Assembly: GCF_001194135.2 (NCBI RefSeq)
Contig: NC_069004.1
Span: 14,382,041-14,446,040 of the forward strand
Source of the DNA: Octopus bimaculoides
Taxonomy: Eukaryota
Reading direction: 5' to 3'
DNA: 64,000 nucleotides
This document shows positions 62,664 through 64,000 of the stretch, one piece after another. The notes below the pieces were generated by a model. It had not been told where the DNA came from. It did not search any database and saw only the letters and a list, made by a program, of their open reading frames with translations. The translations under genes were made by a program, and so were the position numbers. Numbering within the stretch: the stretch's first letter is position 1; every line of letters begins with the position of its first letter.

Positions 62664-63814
62664 NNNNNNNNNNNNNNNNNNNNNNNNNNNNNNNNNNNNN
62701 NNNNNNNNNNNNNNNNNNNNNNNNNNNNNNNNNNNNNNNNNNNNNNNNNNNNNNNNNNNNNNNNNNNNNNNNNNNNNNNNNNNNNNNNNNNNNNNNNNNN
62801 NNNNNNNNNNNNNNNNNNNNNNNNNNNNNNNNNNNNNNNNNNNNNNNNNNNNNNNNNNNNNNNNNNNNNNNNNNNNNNNNNNNNNNNNNNNNNNNNNNNN
62901 NNNNNNNNNNNNNNNNNNNNNNNNNNNNNNNNNNNNNNNNNNNNNNNNNNNNNNNNNNNNNNNNNNNNNNNNNNNNNNNNNNNNNNNNNNNNNNNNNNNN
63001 NNNNNNNNNNNNNNNNNNNNNNCATAAAAAATGTTATAAAATTTACTTCTAAAGAAAGTGAAAAAAATTTTTTTTTTTTATTTTGAATATTTACATTTCA
63101 CAAAGAAATTTCTTTTAAATTTTTGTCTTTTTTATGCTTTTACTGCTATTTTCTCTCTTGATATTTGTTGCAATCAACTTAAATCTTTCTTTTAAATGAC
63201 AGAAAGAAATAGAAAAAAAAAAAAAAATAAGAAGAAATATATGTATAAACAACAGTATGTTTATTCCAGTTTTTCAAAATAAATATTGTTTCTGGGAAAA
63301 TTCATTACAGAAATTTGTACATTTTAAAACTTCATTTTTTTTCTCATTCACATCTAGTTTAATATTATTAACATTATACAAATTATTATTATCATCATCA
63401 TTGTCATCATCATTATTAATATTTGTGTAAAAATTATTGTTATCATTATCATCATAAAAATTATAATTGTTGTTATTATTACTATTTTTATTATCATTGA
63501 GTGGGAGAGCAGTGCATGCCATCAAAGTGACCCTGGGGTACAAATCTACAGAGCCCAATATACCCATCATGATTACCTGTCTGATTAGGGCATATCAGAA
63601 ACATGCATCACAACCATACATGCATGGCATTGTGATCTCATATCATGATAAAAACATGCATGACCTTATAGGTGAGGTCCAGTTAGATTGTTCTTCAGGT
63701 CAAGTAGCCCATCTTGCTCAAAAGGTCCCTGAATAAGGGTTGCTTAAAGATGATGAATGAAACACTCATAGCCTAGTACTCAATGAGTACTAGAATAAGC
63801 CTAGTACTCAATAA

Positions 63815-64000
63815 CTACTAGGCTTATTCTTTGTAAGCCTAGTACTTATTCTATTGGATTCTTTTGCCGAACCACTAAATTACAGGGATGCAAACACACC
63901 AGCATCTGTTGTCAAGCGAAGCTGGGGGACAAACAGACACACAAACATATACACACACATACAAATATATATACATATACGACAGGCTTCTTCCCGTTTC
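63815..64000 (-). mobile_element. SINE family B, runs off the window end
   Basis: ttattctttgtaagcctagtacttattc..cacaccagcatc..gacaggcttc. Confidence 0.85.

Noticed and set aside
3127-63086. All long X-containing ORFs
   Set aside because: They are open only because they cross N gaps flanked by (TA)n or (CA)n.

Overview
Eukaryotic, AT-rich, gap-riddled (18 N-runs) non-genic or intronic DNA. The SINE, RTE and microsatellite landscape looks like an octopus (coleoid cephalopod) assembly; this is inferred from recognition of the repeats, not from a search. I found no host protein-coding gene, rRNA, real tRNA or CRISPR array that I can support. Nearly all long ORFs in the track are microsatellite or N-gap artefacts. 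The window holds (i) dozens of copies of about 4 SINE-like families and (ii) decayed transposon coding fragments: R4/Dong-type and CRE-type RLE retrotransposons, RTE LINE endonuclease and 3' ends, two Penelope GIY-YIG pieces, two mariners, one Tc1/maT piece and one Tigger/pogo piece. It also holds (iii) MITEs, a probable solo LTR and minisatellites, and (iv) an unusual number of fold-back/inverted structures. The most interesting signal is a set of hammerhead-ribozyme (HHR) motifs carried by small non-coding elements. These are a ~400-bp fold-back with one HHR per arm (20722-21123), a ~440-bp fold-back with a central minimal HHR (48255-48695) and a TSD-flanked tRNA-headed SINE with a degenerate HHR (51503-51807), plus decayed relatives. 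A second theme is microsatellite-targeted retrotransposition: R4/Dong-like ends lie in (TAA)n and (TACA)n, and RTE tails lie in (TA)n. Repeat boundaries are approximate (about +/-10-20 bp) unless a TSD or TIR is quoted.
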